Position numbers and translations under genes: made by a program. Below are positions 8,856-18,928 of a stretch of 64,000 bases of DNA, piece after piece. Every line of letters begins with the position of its first letter. Positions within the stretch are counted from its first letter, which is position 1. The stretch is from a virus: IMG/VR virus record IMGVR_UViG_3300050013_000065, positions 11,484 to 75,483 of that record, one strand, 5' to 3'. Below the pieces are notes generated by a model. The model made no database searches. It was not told the DNA's origin and saw nothing but the letters and a program-made list of their open reading frames with translations.

Positions 8856-10345
8856 TGCCTAAGACAACACCGGTTCCAGAAGAACTCAAGACTCGGGTAC
8901 ACGAGTGCGCCGATCTTAATCCAGAAGCGTCTCATCGATGGATTGCCAAGCAGTTCGGTCTCCACCACAAGACGGTAGATCGAATTCTCGGACAGATTCG
9001 TCACCTAAGCTACGAGGTTCTTCCGAAGGATGCGAGACCAGAAAAGACCTCTGAAGTCGAGGATATGTCCACTCCTGTAGAAAAGGAGGAGCCTGATGGA
9101 GACTGGGTACAACGGGATCGCTACGTTTACAACGGCCAAACTGACTCGTATATTACATTCCTCAAGTGCCGCCCGAAACCTCTGGTCATCAACGGTGTCA
9201 AGTTCCGGTCGATGAAAAAGGCGTATTCTGATTGGGACGGAAAACCCTCCACAATCAACGAAATTTGCCGAAGGTTTGCAATCCCCCGCGATCAGTTTCA
9301 AGAACTTAAAGCAGTACACGGCTGGACCCACGAATCTGAGCCATTTACCCGCGAGGAGATACTATCTCGGGAAGTGGACGATCTCGCTGACGACGCCTTC
9401 CAACAGAGACGGCAGGCTGTATGGGAAGGGTTCGAGAAGAAGCGCTGGCACCAGACAAAGATCGACGCTGAAAAGTGGAATGATCTTGAGCAGAACTTTA
9501 TCGTTCCGTTGCAGGACCACTTGTCTACGCTTATCCCTGCGTATACTCCCCCTGTGTTCAATTTGAAGTCTCCTCGAAATCCCTTTGCAGTAGTCACCAG
9601 CGCGGGAGAACTTCACTATGGAGGTTCGGGTTGGGAAGTCGAGACCGGAGAAAACTTCAGCCGCAAAGAAGCAGAGGAGCGTCTTGTCTACGCCAGGACG
9701 AAACTTTTGGAGGACGTGGCGGACAAGGGAAGGCCGGATAAGTTTTTCTATACCTCTGGTAATGATTTCTTCACGATAGACAATGACCAAGGTGGGACGA
9801 CTCGCGGAACTCCACAGGAACTGGACGGAACTGCCGCACAGATTTTCTCAGAAGGCGTGGACCTTGCGTTCCGAGATGTTGACATGCTTCGAAGTGTGGC
9901 CCCAGTCCTGATACTTTTTGTCCCCGGCAATCATGATCGGCTGCTGAGCTTAGCCTTGCTGAAATGCCTCCAGGTCAAGTATCAATCGGACCCCGCAGTG
10001 GAAGTTGTGTTCTCTGCCAAGACTCGGGCATACGCTTGCTACGGAGACACCCTAATGGGGTTTGCCCACGGAGACGGGGCGCTCAAACCTCCGCAGTACA
10101 TGGCAACAATGGCGAAGGAAGAACCGAGGTTGTGGTCCGAGACGATCTACCGTGCTTTCTTCACCGGACATCTGCACCACGAGGTTGTTCAAGAGTTGGT
10201 CGGGGGGACTCACTACCAGATGTCCTCTTTAAGGGGAGCTGACCGATTCCATGAGAGGAATGCGTACTTGGCAGATGCCGCTTTGTCCAGCTACATAGTT
10301 GACAGACACCGGGGTGTTACTGGTACAATTCAGACGAGGGTTTAG
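8855..10345 (+). CDS. HTH + calcineurin-like metallophosphoesterase
   Basis: GELHYG, GNDFF, PGNHD, FAHGD and GHLHH motifs, with N-terminal HTH-like segments. Confidence 0.8.
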   Translation: MPKTTPVPEELKTRVHECADLNPEASHRWIAKQFGLHHKTVDRILGQIRHLSYEVLPKDARPEKTSEVEDMSTPVEKEEPDGDWVQRDRYVYNGQTDSYITFLKCRPKPLVINGVKFRSMKKAYSDWDGKPSTINEICRRFAIPRDQFQELKAVHGWTHESEPFTREEILSREVDDLADDAFQQRRQAVWEGFEKKRWHQTKIDAEKWNDLEQNFIVPLQDHLSTLIPAYTPPVFNLKSPRNPFAVVTSAGELHYGGSGWEVETGENFSRKEAEERLVYARTKLLEDVADKGRPDKFFYTSGNDFFTIDNDQGGTTRGTPQELDGTAAQIFSEGVDLAFRDVDMLRSVAPVLILFVPGNHDRLLSLALLKCLQVKYQSDPAVEVVFSAKTRAYACYGDTLMGFAHGDGALKPPQYMATMAKEEPRLWSETIYRAFFTGHLHHEVVQELVGGTHYQMSSLRGADRFHERNAYLADAALSSYIVDRHRGVTGTIQTRV

Positions 10346-10372
10346 TCCAGATAATGGACAAAGGAGACCTGT

Positions 10373-10786
10373 ATGAAGGTTTATCTAGCTGCTAGGTACT
10401 CTCGAAAGAAGGAAATCAAGTCTTTGGTGCCGATTCTTCTTGAGCATAATATCGAAGTGACAAGTAGGTGGCTCGAAGAAACCGGGTCAGATACGGCCCA
10501 TCTCCACGAGTTCACTCCAAAGTTCTGCCGCCAAACTGCTTACATCGATTTAGAGGACATCGATAAAGCGGACACGTTTGTGTTCTTCTCCGAAGACCCA
10601 ACTATCGGTATCCCTCGCGGTGGTCGCCACACCGAATTTGGGTATGCTCTGGGTACCGGTAAACGACTTATAGTGATTGGTGGAGAAGAAAATATCTTCC
10701 ACTACCTGCCTCAAGTTGTCCATTATCCGGACTTAAACTCCTTCTTAGAAGGGGAAAGGATAGACGATGTCATTGCTTCCGACTGA
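10373..10786 (+). CDS. Nucleoside 2-deoxyribosyltransferase / dNMP N-glycosidase-like protein
   Basis: MKVYLAARY...DLEDIDKAD...GGRHTEFGYA. Confidence 0.75.
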   Translation: MKVYLAARYSRKKEIKSLVPILLEHNIEVTSRWLEETGSDTAHLHEFTPKFCRQTAYIDLEDIDKADTFVFFSEDPTIGIPRGGRHTEFGYALGTGKRLIVIGGEENIFHYLPQVVHYPDLNSFLEGERIDDVIASD

Positions 10787-11081
10787 CCCGCAGGAGAGGA
10801 AGAAGATTCCTCTGTGGTCGGGGTTGCTACAATATTTTCCCGATGCTTTGGCCGATGTTGCGCATTTATCTTACGTCGGAAACGATCAGCACAACCCTGG
10901 AGAAAGCCTACACTGGGCGCGCGAAAAATCTACCGACCAAGAAGATACCCTTCTTCGACATTTGATGGAGAAGGGAACCCTAGATACGGACGGAATTCGG
11001 CACAGTGCAAAAGTGGCGTGGAGAGCCCTAGCCATGCTACAATTGGAAATCGAAGGAGAAAAATGTCAGAAAACTTTTTGA
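10767..11081 (+). CDS. dATP/dGTP diphosphohydrolase-like (DUF5664) protein
   Basis: YFPDALADVAHLSYVG...W...LLRHL...HSAKVAWRALAMLQ. Confidence 0.7.
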   Translation: MSLLPTDPQERKKIPLWSGLLQYFPDALADVAHLSYVGNDQHNPGESLHWAREKSTDQEDTLLRHLMEKGTLDTDGIRHSAKVAWRALAMLQLEIEGEKCQKTF

Positions 11082-11524
11082 TGAACCGTTTGTTCAGTGC
11101 TACTAATCCCTATCAAGGCAAGTACAAGAAGGTCCTCTGTGTTTGCTCTGCTGGGATTCTTCGGTCGCCCACAGCAGCTCTAGTCTTGGCCCAGGAGCCA
11201 TACAATTTCAATACAAGGGCGGTAGGATTGACCGCAGAGTTTGCTTTAGTTCCGGTAGATGAAGTTCTGTTGCACTGGTGTGATGAGTTGGTTTGTATGG
11301 ATCACCGGCAGGAGCGTCAGTTGAAAAAGATGCTGAAGGAACCCAAGCCAATTGTGGTCCTCAACATTCCAGACAACTACGAATACCGAGACCCAGATTT
11401 GATGAAGGCTATCAAGACCGCTTATGACGAGGCCGATCCGAGTTATAAGGCAAAACAACCTCCTCCTCCTATTACGATTGGACAGTATGAATTCACAATC
11501 AACGATGACAAAACCACCCAGTAG
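11063..11524 (+). CDS. Low-molecular-weight protein tyrosine phosphatase-like protein
   Basis: P-loop VLCVCSAGILRSPTA and LNIPDNY; AAGGAG RBS. Confidence 0.8.
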   Translation: MSENFLMNRLFSATNPYQGKYKKVLCVCSAGILRSPTAALVLAQEPYNFNTRAVGLTAEFALVPVDEVLLHWCDELVCMDHRQERQLKKMLKEPKPIVVLNIPDNYEYRDPDLMKAIKTAYDEADPSYKAKQPPPPITIGQYEFTINDDKTTQ

Positions 11525-11555
11525 TGGTCCAGATAATGGACAGAGAGGAGGTATT

Positions 11556-11729
11556 GTGGAAGATTCCGATGGTACAGTAATCGAGAGACAGCAAGCGGAG
11601 AGTTTGATTAGTTTGATAACCTCACAAAATATTCAAAGCAGGCTGAGAGAGGAAGGACTCATGGTTAATCCTGGTGCAATAGTAGATGCCCTGTCTGGCT
11701 TGTATCAATCTAAGCCTATCAACGGCTAG
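11556..11729 (+). CDS. Small hypothetical protein
   Basis: AGGAGG RBS before GTG. Confidence 0.45.
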   Translation: MEDSDGTVIERQQAESLISLITSQNIQSRLREEGLMVNPGAIVDALSGLYQSKPING

Positions 11730-11772
11730 TTTATACAGAGTTGTCCCAAATAATGGACAGAATCGAGACGAA

Positions 11773-12012
11773 ATGAAACAAACAGTTAGAAAATACGTGG
11801 GCGTGTGGGTTGGATACGATAATCCCGACGAACTGAAGTTTGGGGCGTTGCCAGAGTTGCTTGAGACGGATTTTGGAGGGAACGGAACCATTCCAGCCTC
11901 AAGGGCTGCTGTGAAATACTACCCCATTGACATTGTAGTAGACCCCTCTGAATTGAACGGCTTTGATAGTTTAGAAGCTGCTCGGGGCGCGCTCAACCAC
12001 AAAAACAAGTAG
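11773..12012 (+). CDS. Small hypothetical protein
   Basis: 79-aa ORF ending just before the terminator. Confidence 0.5.
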   Translation: MKQTVRKYVGVWVGYDNPDELKFGALPELLETDFGGNGTIPASRAAVKYYPIDIVVDPSELNGFDSLEAARGALNHKNK

Positions 12013-12027
12013 TCCAGATAATGGACA

Positions 12028-12071
12028 CAGAAAAGCCCCCGAATCCGCAAAGGACCGGGGGCTTCTGTTTT
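12028..12071 (+). terminator. Intrinsic terminator ending the + strand block
   Basis: AAGCCCCCG...CGGGGGCTT stem followed by CTGTTTT. Confidence 0.7.
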
Positions 12072-12196
12072 CCACAGATTTATTGTGTTTTACACAAGAT
12101 TTCCACAAATATATTTGTCACGCTAACGATATATTATGCCGATTACCCTCTTTTTATGCTACTATTTAGTAGCGAACAAATTCAAAAGGAGCCGCT

Positions 12197-13189
12197 GTGG
12201 AACAACGGAAAGAACAACAGAAGAAATATTTTGTTTACCTAATCACGAACCAGATAAACAAAAAAGTATACGTGGGATTTACCTCGAATTGGAAGAAGAG
12301 GTGGAAGGAGCATAATTTAGAGTCCCAGCGAAATCGAAATGATCAGAGGAATCGGCATCTGTACCATGCTATGCGGATGTATGGTCGCGAGAATTTTTCG
12401 TTTTGTCTTCTCTGTTCTGTAGATGATGAAAAGGAGGCTCTACGTTTAGAACAATACTATATTGAACAGTACGGTTCTAAAAATCCGGACAAGGGGTACA
12501 ACATGACAGCGGGCGGGGACGGGGTGCGCGTACTGAGAGGAGATAGCCTAGAGAGAATGAGAAAAGCTGTTTCAGAGAGGATGTCTGTCCCTGAAAATAC
12601 TCCGAATTACCGAGAAGATATTTCGACAGAAGAGATTGTGGAATTGTATGTTATAGAGGGGTTGAACACCGTGGCTATCGGAAAGAAACTTGGAATATAT
12701 CCGGGTCTAGTTAGTTCCCGTTTAAAAAGGAAAGGAGTAAAAAGAAGAGGACGCCGGATAGAAATAAATGTTGCTGAAGTGCTCCGCCTTTACGAGATTA
12801 AGAAGACGGCGGCGGAAATAGGAGAAATATTTGGAGTTAGTAAATACAAAATATTATCTGTCCTAAAAGAACAGGGGATAGACAGGAGGAGGTCCGGGGC
12901 CAGAAAAACTACGGAGGGGAGAAAGGAGAAAAGATGCCCGGGGTGCCAAAACATAAAACTTCTCTCCTTCTTCAATAAGAACAAAAGCTCGCACGATGGG
13001 TATTCGAGTTTGTGTAAGCAGTGTATTTCAGACAGAAACAAGATGAAGTTACGGACTAAAAAGGAGATTGCTCCGGAGCCATGTTCAAGTACCGGAGGAA
13101 CGTTGGGTCCTTCAGACGTTCTTGGGGCTGAAGATTCTTCATCGCCTTCGCTATGTACTTCTTTCTCGTCTGAAGGGTCAGAGGCATAA
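12197..13189 (+). CDS. Free-standing GIY-YIG homing endonuclease with HTH repeats and C-terminal Zn finger
   Basis: VYLITNQINKKVYVGFT..W..RWKEH, LEQYYI, GYNMTAGGDG; CxxC...CxxC; AT-rich. Confidence 0.88.
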   Translation: MEQRKEQQKKYFVYLITNQINKKVYVGFTSNWKKRWKEHNLESQRNRNDQRNRHLYHAMRMYGRENFSFCLLCSVDDEKEALRLEQYYIEQYGSKNPDKGYNMTAGGDGVRVLRGDSLERMRKAVSERMSVPENTPNYREDISTEEIVELYVIEGLNTVAIGKKLGIYPGLVSSRLKRKGVKRRGRRIEINVAEVLRLYEIKKTAAEIGEIFGVSKYKILSVLKEQGIDRRRSGARKTTEGRKEKRCPGCQNIKLLSFFNKNKSSHDGYSSLCKQCISDRNKMKLRTKKEIAPEPCSSTGGTLGPSDVLGAEDSSSPSLCTSFSSEGSEA

Positions 13190-16100
13190 GGGCTGTTTTT
13201 TCCGTTGGATTCATTTGGTCATAAAGACGAAGGTATTCCTCTCCCGGCAGTCTGGAAGCTCTAGTGTAGAGAGACGCTAGACTAGAATCCATTCCTTGTG
13301 TTTTCTTTATGTTTTCGGTTATTTTCTTCAGATCATCTTGGTGCAAGTCTCCCGAAGCATACATTTTGTAAACGTCAGGCATGGTCATTTCTCCTGAGCG
13401 TACCTTGTCCTCAAAACCCATGATTACTCTGTGTCTGGCCATTTGCGCCGGGTCTAACGCCCCGTCTGGATTATGGGAGGCGGCAAGCTCAGAGGCTAAC
13501 TTCTGAGCCGGGGTTGCGTACGTCTGCGCAGTACCGCCGACAGATTTCCACACCTGTCCAGGATTGCCGACAGAAGGTCCCGTTCCGGAAACCATCTGTC
13601 CGATAGTTTGTGCAGGAATCGGGGCCATGTTTCTAAAAACATCACTCCAAAGCTCATCGGGTTGTAGCTTTCTTCCAAACTGGTCACGTTGGGACAGGAG
13701 TTCTTCTCCCGTGCGCATGGTCGGTGATAGTCTCCCCTTGATGAATCCCACTGGATCGGATGCTGCGTGGAGTAGATCGGTAGGCAGGGTCCTGATTCCG
13801 AAGACGGTTTCTTTACCCTCTTTGTTCTTTACAGCAAGACCGAAGGGGGCTTCATTGTGGAAGTTTCCTGTCGAAGCGTAGTTGAGCACACGAGCTATTC
13901 CCCACAAACCTAGAGCCATCTTGGCAACTTGGGCGCGACCTAACCCGCCCTCATCTTTGTTAAACAGATTAGCTCCGGAGCGCATTTCTGCCTCTAGCCA
14001 GTCCGGAGCGAGTAGTAACAAACGGCCCCAATCTTGATTGGTAGCTGACCGTCCCATCTGTCTCCAAGGAATTCCTCCGAATGTATTATTTGCGTGGGTG
14101 GCCGCAGCTTTTGCAACATGATCGTCTGACCAATCTGGATGGGCCTCTCGGTATCGGTCAAACATAAGTTCGTAACCACGCGCTTTAAGGGCAGGGATAT
14201 AGCGTTTGAACAAGAACGATTGGTACCAGTCCATAGCATTAGACAGAGGTTTCCCGACTCCAGGGATGAGACGAAGAATTCCGCCACCCGCAGCGACACC
14301 TTCAGAATGGTCCTGCAAGGATTTGTAATCTACTCCTAGTTGGAGGTTATTGCGAACCCCTACATTTATCTTTGTGGGTGAATTAGGGTCGAGCGGGTCT
14401 ACTTTGGCTCCAGTTAGAATGTCCGGCCCAGTAATGTGGAAAGGGTTAACCCCGACCATGACTCCGCGTAGTGCTTCTTGGACCATGTGGAACGGAGATA
14501 GAGACAGCAACGTCTCCTTCATTTTAGTCCCCACGCCGAGCAAAGCTTTCCCCACAGCGCTACTTGCGACAGCAGACGGTTCCAGACCCAAACGGTTCTT
14601 CAGATACTCGGCAAACTCCGGGTGAACGCGGATATCTGACCGTACTAGAATGTTATGTCCGGCAGAGTCGTTAGTTACGAAGTTCCAACCCTTCATTGCG
14701 TTATTGTTCAGGCTGATGTAGTCTTGTGGGTCCCACGCATAAATCTTCTTCTGGGCCTCGTTAAACTCCTTGAGCCCCGAGAAGTCCTTATTGTTTGCCA
14801 TCGACTTCAGATACATGATGTCGGTCGAGAGTTTATTGTTCCCAACTTCGTCGTACTGAGCTTCTTTTCTGGTGGCTTGCTCTTCCAGTTTTTCGATAGC
14901 CGCTTGGATATTCGATGGATGGACATAGGGAGTCAGGTCCTTGATGGTTCCTTCGTCCAGAAATCTTTGAAGGTCTCCTGATTTGTCCAGTTGCTGGACT
15001 ACTGAATCTGCTATGTTGATTTTACGAACCCGATTTGGGTCGATGAAGGTCTTTGGGTCCTCGCCGTTTTGTCCGGACACAACTTGGCCTTGTCCTGAGA
15101 GCACTACCGCAGGGCGACCATCTGACCCACGAGTAAAGGAGTCTCGGAGAGTATCAATTAGCTGCTTGTTGGCCGCCGCTTTGATGAGTTCTCCGCGACC
15201 TTTGGCCGTTACAGAAACGGGATCAAAATCAATCGGCTTCGGAGATTTCAAAAGCGCTGTCAAGTGAGAGTCGTACACACGTTGACGAGCCATCGTAACC
15301 TCTGTAGCGAACTTGCCCTGCTTGGCTTCAGACGCAACAACCTTGCCCAAAGGATTTAGGTCCTTGTAGGTACGGGTCATATAGTCTTTGACGAACGAGT
15401 GCAACAGGTCGTTGGACGACCCGATTTGGAAATTACGCGCTTGTTCTTCTCTCAGAACTTTGGCCGCGTCGAGTTCGCGGTCTGACAGTTCTCCGTTGGC
15501 AACTCTCTTCAAGGATTCAAGAACGGTGTTCTGATAGGAAGTAGGAAGGTCTTTGAGTTTGTTATCGGCAATCATCTGGGGAAGATTATCGGGAAGTCCA
15601 TTATTTGGACTAACCGGCCCAACATCTAGTCTATCTTCTTTTCCAAGACTCTCGGCCACGGCGTTGTACCACTGCGCGGCCTTGATTTTATCCCCACCCG
15701 TAACCACCTGATGAAACACAGAAGCGAGTTCAAGTTCTTTCTGTGCTTTTACGTCGGCTTTTGGGCCAAACACCTTCTCCATAAATCCAGGAGTTTCGTG
15801 TCCGAGAATTCCCCGAACGCGGTTGTCTAGGTTGATGGATTCTTGTTCGCCAATTGCATGTTGAACTTCTCTTTCTTTGTTGGCTCGGTCCAGTGCCAAA
15901 AACTCGTCGTTAGGCCGGAACTTGTCCGTCTCAAGAAGAGGCTTGAACAACTCGCCTGCTGAGTGCAGGGCGTGAGGCATTCCCAAAATTCCCAAAGCCC
16001 CGCCCGCAAAGGCTTCCGTTCCGTATTCCCACGCTTTGTCGGTATCTCCTTCTTTCAGAGCGTCGAGGAATCGAGGAGACATAGCCGCTGCTGTTTCAAA

Positions 16101-17042
16101 CTGCTGGAGGGTAAACCCAGCATTCAAAACAGCGTTCGCAGTCTTGGCCATTCGGGCAGTAGCCGCGACGGGTAGATCGGGAATCGTGTGACGCAGGACT
16201 TGGAACGCCCCGTTTTCGAGCATGTTCTTGGATAGCAAATCTTGCTCGGTCAGACCGTTGTCGTATAACGCTTTCTGAGCGCGCTTCCAAGTATCGACAT
16301 CTGCTCCTGTTTCGCGTACGGCGTCCTCGACCGGATGAAATCCAGCTTTGGCTCCGGCAACTGTGTCACTGGTTTTGCCCAGAGCTTCGAGTTCTTCGGG
16401 GGTGAATTTTCCAGATTCCTTCAGGGCGTTTTGGATCGCGGGCGTACCAAACTCTGCGTCTCGGTTGAGCGGAGACACGAGTTTTCTAGCCCTGTCCAGA
16501 AGGCCCATATCGTGGCCTCCTGCTTCCAGAGCTTGTTGGATGACTGGGTCTACTGACTTTGCTTCCTTGAGAGCACCTAGAGCCGCTTGCGAGCCTTTGA
16601 CAGCGTCGGCGATCTCAGTGGCAGACAGTCCGGCTTCTTTGAGAGCAGTAGCCCCCGCACTTTCGATCAAACCACCCGTTCCGAAGGTAGCCGCTGTTAA
16701 AGCTAGACTATAGGGCGCTGTAAATCCAGACGCGATATGCTCAACAGCGCGCTCGAATCCACCAGCTCCCTGACGTTCTTCGGGAATCCCAAACAAACTT
16801 TCTGTAAGCGGGGTTGAAAAGAAATCATGGGCGCGTTTGTACCACGGCTGGGAGGAGTCTTGGTAGATGTGTTGAGCGGGTTCGGATGGTTGAGAAGTTT
16901 GTCCAGATAATGGACCAGAAATTGATCTTCCCCCAAAAGCGGCAAACGGATCAGAGGAAGAAGCGGGAGTCGTCTCATTTTCCGTGTTTTCGGGAGCAGA
17001 AATCATTCGACCGCCGAATTGTGCAAAAGGATCGTTAGTCAT
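13056..17042 (-). CDS. Large internal virion / DNA-ejection protein (1328 aa)
   Basis: Largest and last gene of the virion block; DPFA.FGG N-terminal repeats; position matches podovirus ejection proteins. Confidence 0.6.
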   Translation of the reverse strand: MTNDPFAQFGGRMISAPENTENETTPASSSDPFAAFGGRSISGPLSGQTSQPSEPAQHIYQDSSQPWYKRAHDFFSTPLTESLFGIPEERQGAGGFERAVEHIASGFTAPYSLALTAATFGTGGLIESAGATALKEAGLSATEIADAVKGSQAALGALKEAKSVDPVIQQALEAGGHDMGLLDRARKLVSPLNRDAEFGTPAIQNALKESGKFTPEELEALGKTSDTVAGAKAGFHPVEDAVRETGADVDTWKRAQKALYDNGLTEQDLLSKNMLENGAFQVLRHTIPDLPVAATARMAKTANAVLNAGFTLQQFETAAAMSPRFLDALKEGDTDKAWEYGTEAFAGGALGILGMPHALHSAGELFKPLLETDKFRPNDEFLALDRANKEREVQHAIGEQESINLDNRVRGILGHETPGFMEKVFGPKADVKAQKELELASVFHQVVTGGDKIKAAQWYNAVAESLGKEDRLDVGPVSPNNGLPDNLPQMIADNKLKDLPTSYQNTVLESLKRVANGELSDRELDAAKVLREEQARNFQIGSSNDLLHSFVKDYMTRTYKDLNPLGKVVASEAKQGKFATEVTMARQRVYDSHLTALLKSPKPIDFDPVSVTAKGRGELIKAAANKQLIDTLRDSFTRGSDGRPAVVLSGQGQVVSGQNGEDPKTFIDPNRVRKINIADSVVQQLDKSGDLQRFLDEGTIKDLTPYVHPSNIQAAIEKLEEQATRKEAQYDEVGNNKLSTDIMYLKSMANNKDFSGLKEFNEAQKKIYAWDPQDYISLNNNAMKGWNFVTNDSAGHNILVRSDIRVHPEFAEYLKNRLGLEPSAVASSAVGKALLGVGTKMKETLLSLSPFHMVQEALRGVMVGVNPFHITGPDILTGAKVDPLDPNSPTKINVGVRNNLQLGVDYKSLQDHSEGVAAGGGILRLIPGVGKPLSNAMDWYQSFLFKRYIPALKARGYELMFDRYREAHPDWSDDHVAKAAATHANNTFGGIPWRQMGRSATNQDWGRLLLLAPDWLEAEMRSGANLFNKDEGGLGRAQVAKMALGLWGIARVLNYASTGNFHNEAPFGLAVKNKEGKETVFGIRTLPTDLLHAASDPVGFIKGRLSPTMRTGEELLSQRDQFGRKLQPDELWSDVFRNMAPIPAQTIGQMVSGTGPSVGNPGQVWKSVGGTAQTYATPAQKLASELAASHNPDGALDPAQMARHRVIMGFEDKVRSGEMTMPDVYKMYASGDLHQDDLKKITENIKKTQGMDSSLASLYTRASRLPGEEYLRLYDQMNPTEKTALMPLTLQTRKKYIAKAMKNLQPQERLKDPTFLRYLNMAPEQSPF

Positions 17043-17062
17043 TCCCTATTCTTTCTTTTATA

Positions 17063-18856
17063 CTACTTTGCTCTTTTGATTCCCTGACGAATAGCATTGG
17101 CTTCGTCGGGATCTACGTCTAGCTTAGCTATATCTTTCTCCACATCTTCGGGAGACTTTTTCTTCAAGCGGGTGATGGCTCTTTGCACCATCAAGTTGTT
17201 ATTGTATTTAGAAAGGTTTGGAGGGTCTATATTCAATTGTTGACGAATATTGTCTTCTTGCGTGAGAGAAATAGAAGGGTTGGATAAAGTCTTCTCTCTC
17301 TCGGTGGGAGACATTTCTCTGAGTTTGTTTATGTCAGGACCCACCGAAGTCTGAGTTGTTCCTCCCAAGGTATTTCCCGAAGAAACTACCGTAGATCCTG
17401 GGTTTTGCTGCATAAATGCCGACAAATTTTCGGGTGGAACTTCTCCTATTGATCCGTTTGCTAGACGAACCGAAGTAACCTGTGTGGCTGGGTTGACTTG
17501 CGAAAGAACACTGTTCGGGTAAAGTTTTTCGCGGATTCCTTGATACTCTTTGCGGGTCTTTTCGAGTTGGTCACTTAGAACTTTTTGTTGCGCGGGGTCC
17601 GACACCGTTTTGAGTTGGCTTTCGTAGCTACGCATAGTGCTGCCGAGTTGGTCTGCCGCCGCTTTCATCTCCGCCTTTTTTCCGCTATCTATTTCCATTT
17701 TGATACGTTGGGTTTCGTTTGCAATATGAACTCCATCAAGGTAGAGTTGCTTAGTTTCCATTTTAAGTTTACCAAGTTCGGCGGCGTCCTTCATGCCGTT
17801 TCCGTACATAGCAACTTTGTCGGCGGGAGCTACCATATAATCTTTATCGGGGTCAAACATGTTAACTCCCTTGGGAAGTTGCATGATACTATTCAACGCA
17901 CTTCCCTTGGTGGGCGTTTTTACAAACATGTTTTGGATTGGAACATCAATTACTTTTATGGAAGTTTGATCCGTCATATTAACAGGCTCGCCTGACGAGT
18001 CTATCCAATGTAAGCCGTTGAAACTAAGTTCTGAATGGTCATGGAGATCAATAAAGTGACGGGTATAAGTTTTTCCATCTCCAACTTGCCGAATTGAAGG
18101 GTCTTTTTGATACGCCTCAACGAGTTGGTTAGCCGTCAAATCTCCCGGCAATTTTCCATCGACGGGTGCAGTCCCTCCTATTTTGGGATCAGTGAGACCA
18201 TCAATCATCGCTTGTGCTGCTTTATTGTGGCCGTCAATAGAATCTTGGGTCCGAAAATCTAAATCAGCGTGTTTCGCAGCGGTTGTTGCTTGCACATCTG
18301 CTAAGTTAGCTTTCATCATCTGAACCCGAAGAGGTTCTTCCTCTTGTTCTCGTTTCTCTTTATTTGCGGTCAGTTGGTCTTGCCACTGTTGACGGGCTTG
18401 TTGCTGAGATTTCTGCTGCTCGGCTTGCTGATTTTGCATACCCGCTTTCGCCCCGGGCATCAAACCGCTAGCAAAACCTCCGTAAGGATTCTGGTTATGA
18501 GCTTCTTGTCCAGCGGCTCCTCCCATAATGGCCCCAGCTAAAATACTACGGAATAGCTGACCCGGTTTGTCTTTAACTTGGGTCGGGACAGGAGGTCCGT
18601 TTGGGTTGCTAGTATTTGGTCCCCAAACCGTATGCTCAGGCATGAGGGCATTCCACATCATTCCCAGTTTGGAGTGGTGGACCGCTTGGGCCTGCGCGGG
18701 CGTAGGTAAAGACTGCGCAGGAATATTCATTTGCTGCGGCGGCTGAGAGTCTAGTTGTGGGGCTCCGGAGTCGGGAGACGGACTCAAAGGAATCGGCGGG
18801 GTCGGTCCGGGGGTTACTACTGCGGAAACTGCGGAATTCGGAAGAGTATCAGGCAT
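17063..18856 (-). CDS. Internal virion / ejection protein (597 aa)
   Basis: Q/P-rich with Gly-rich hydrophobic segments and coiled coil; synteny. Confidence 0.55.
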   Translation of the reverse strand: MPDTLPNSAVSAVVTPGPTPPIPLSPSPDSGAPQLDSQPPQQMNIPAQSLPTPAQAQAVHHSKLGMMWNALMPEHTVWGPNTSNPNGPPVPTQVKDKPGQLFRSILAGAIMGGAAGQEAHNQNPYGGFASGLMPGAKAGMQNQQAEQQKSQQQARQQWQDQLTANKEKREQEEEPLRVQMMKANLADVQATTAAKHADLDFRTQDSIDGHNKAAQAMIDGLTDPKIGGTAPVDGKLPGDLTANQLVEAYQKDPSIRQVGDGKTYTRHFIDLHDHSELSFNGLHWIDSSGEPVNMTDQTSIKVIDVPIQNMFVKTPTKGSALNSIMQLPKGVNMFDPDKDYMVAPADKVAMYGNGMKDAAELGKLKMETKQLYLDGVHIANETQRIKMEIDSGKKAEMKAAADQLGSTMRSYESQLKTVSDPAQQKVLSDQLEKTRKEYQGIREKLYPNSVLSQVNPATQVTSVRLANGSIGEVPPENLSAFMQQNPGSTVVSSGNTLGGTTQTSVGPDINKLREMSPTEREKTLSNPSISLTQEDNIRQQLNIDPPNLSKYNNNLMVQRAITRLKKKSPEDVEKDIAKLDVDPDEANAIRQGIKRAK

Positions 18857-18871
18857 TGTGATCCTTTTGGG

Positions 18872-18899
18872 TTGACAAATGGAAAATCTGTGATATACT
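18872..18899 (+). promoter_or_regulatory. Sigma70-type promoter
   Basis: TTGACA-16 bp-TATACT with TGn extension, upstream of an AAGGAG RBS. Confidence 0.7.
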
Positions 18900-18928
18900 G
18901 ATTCTAGAGGTTAGAAAGGAGATCAACA

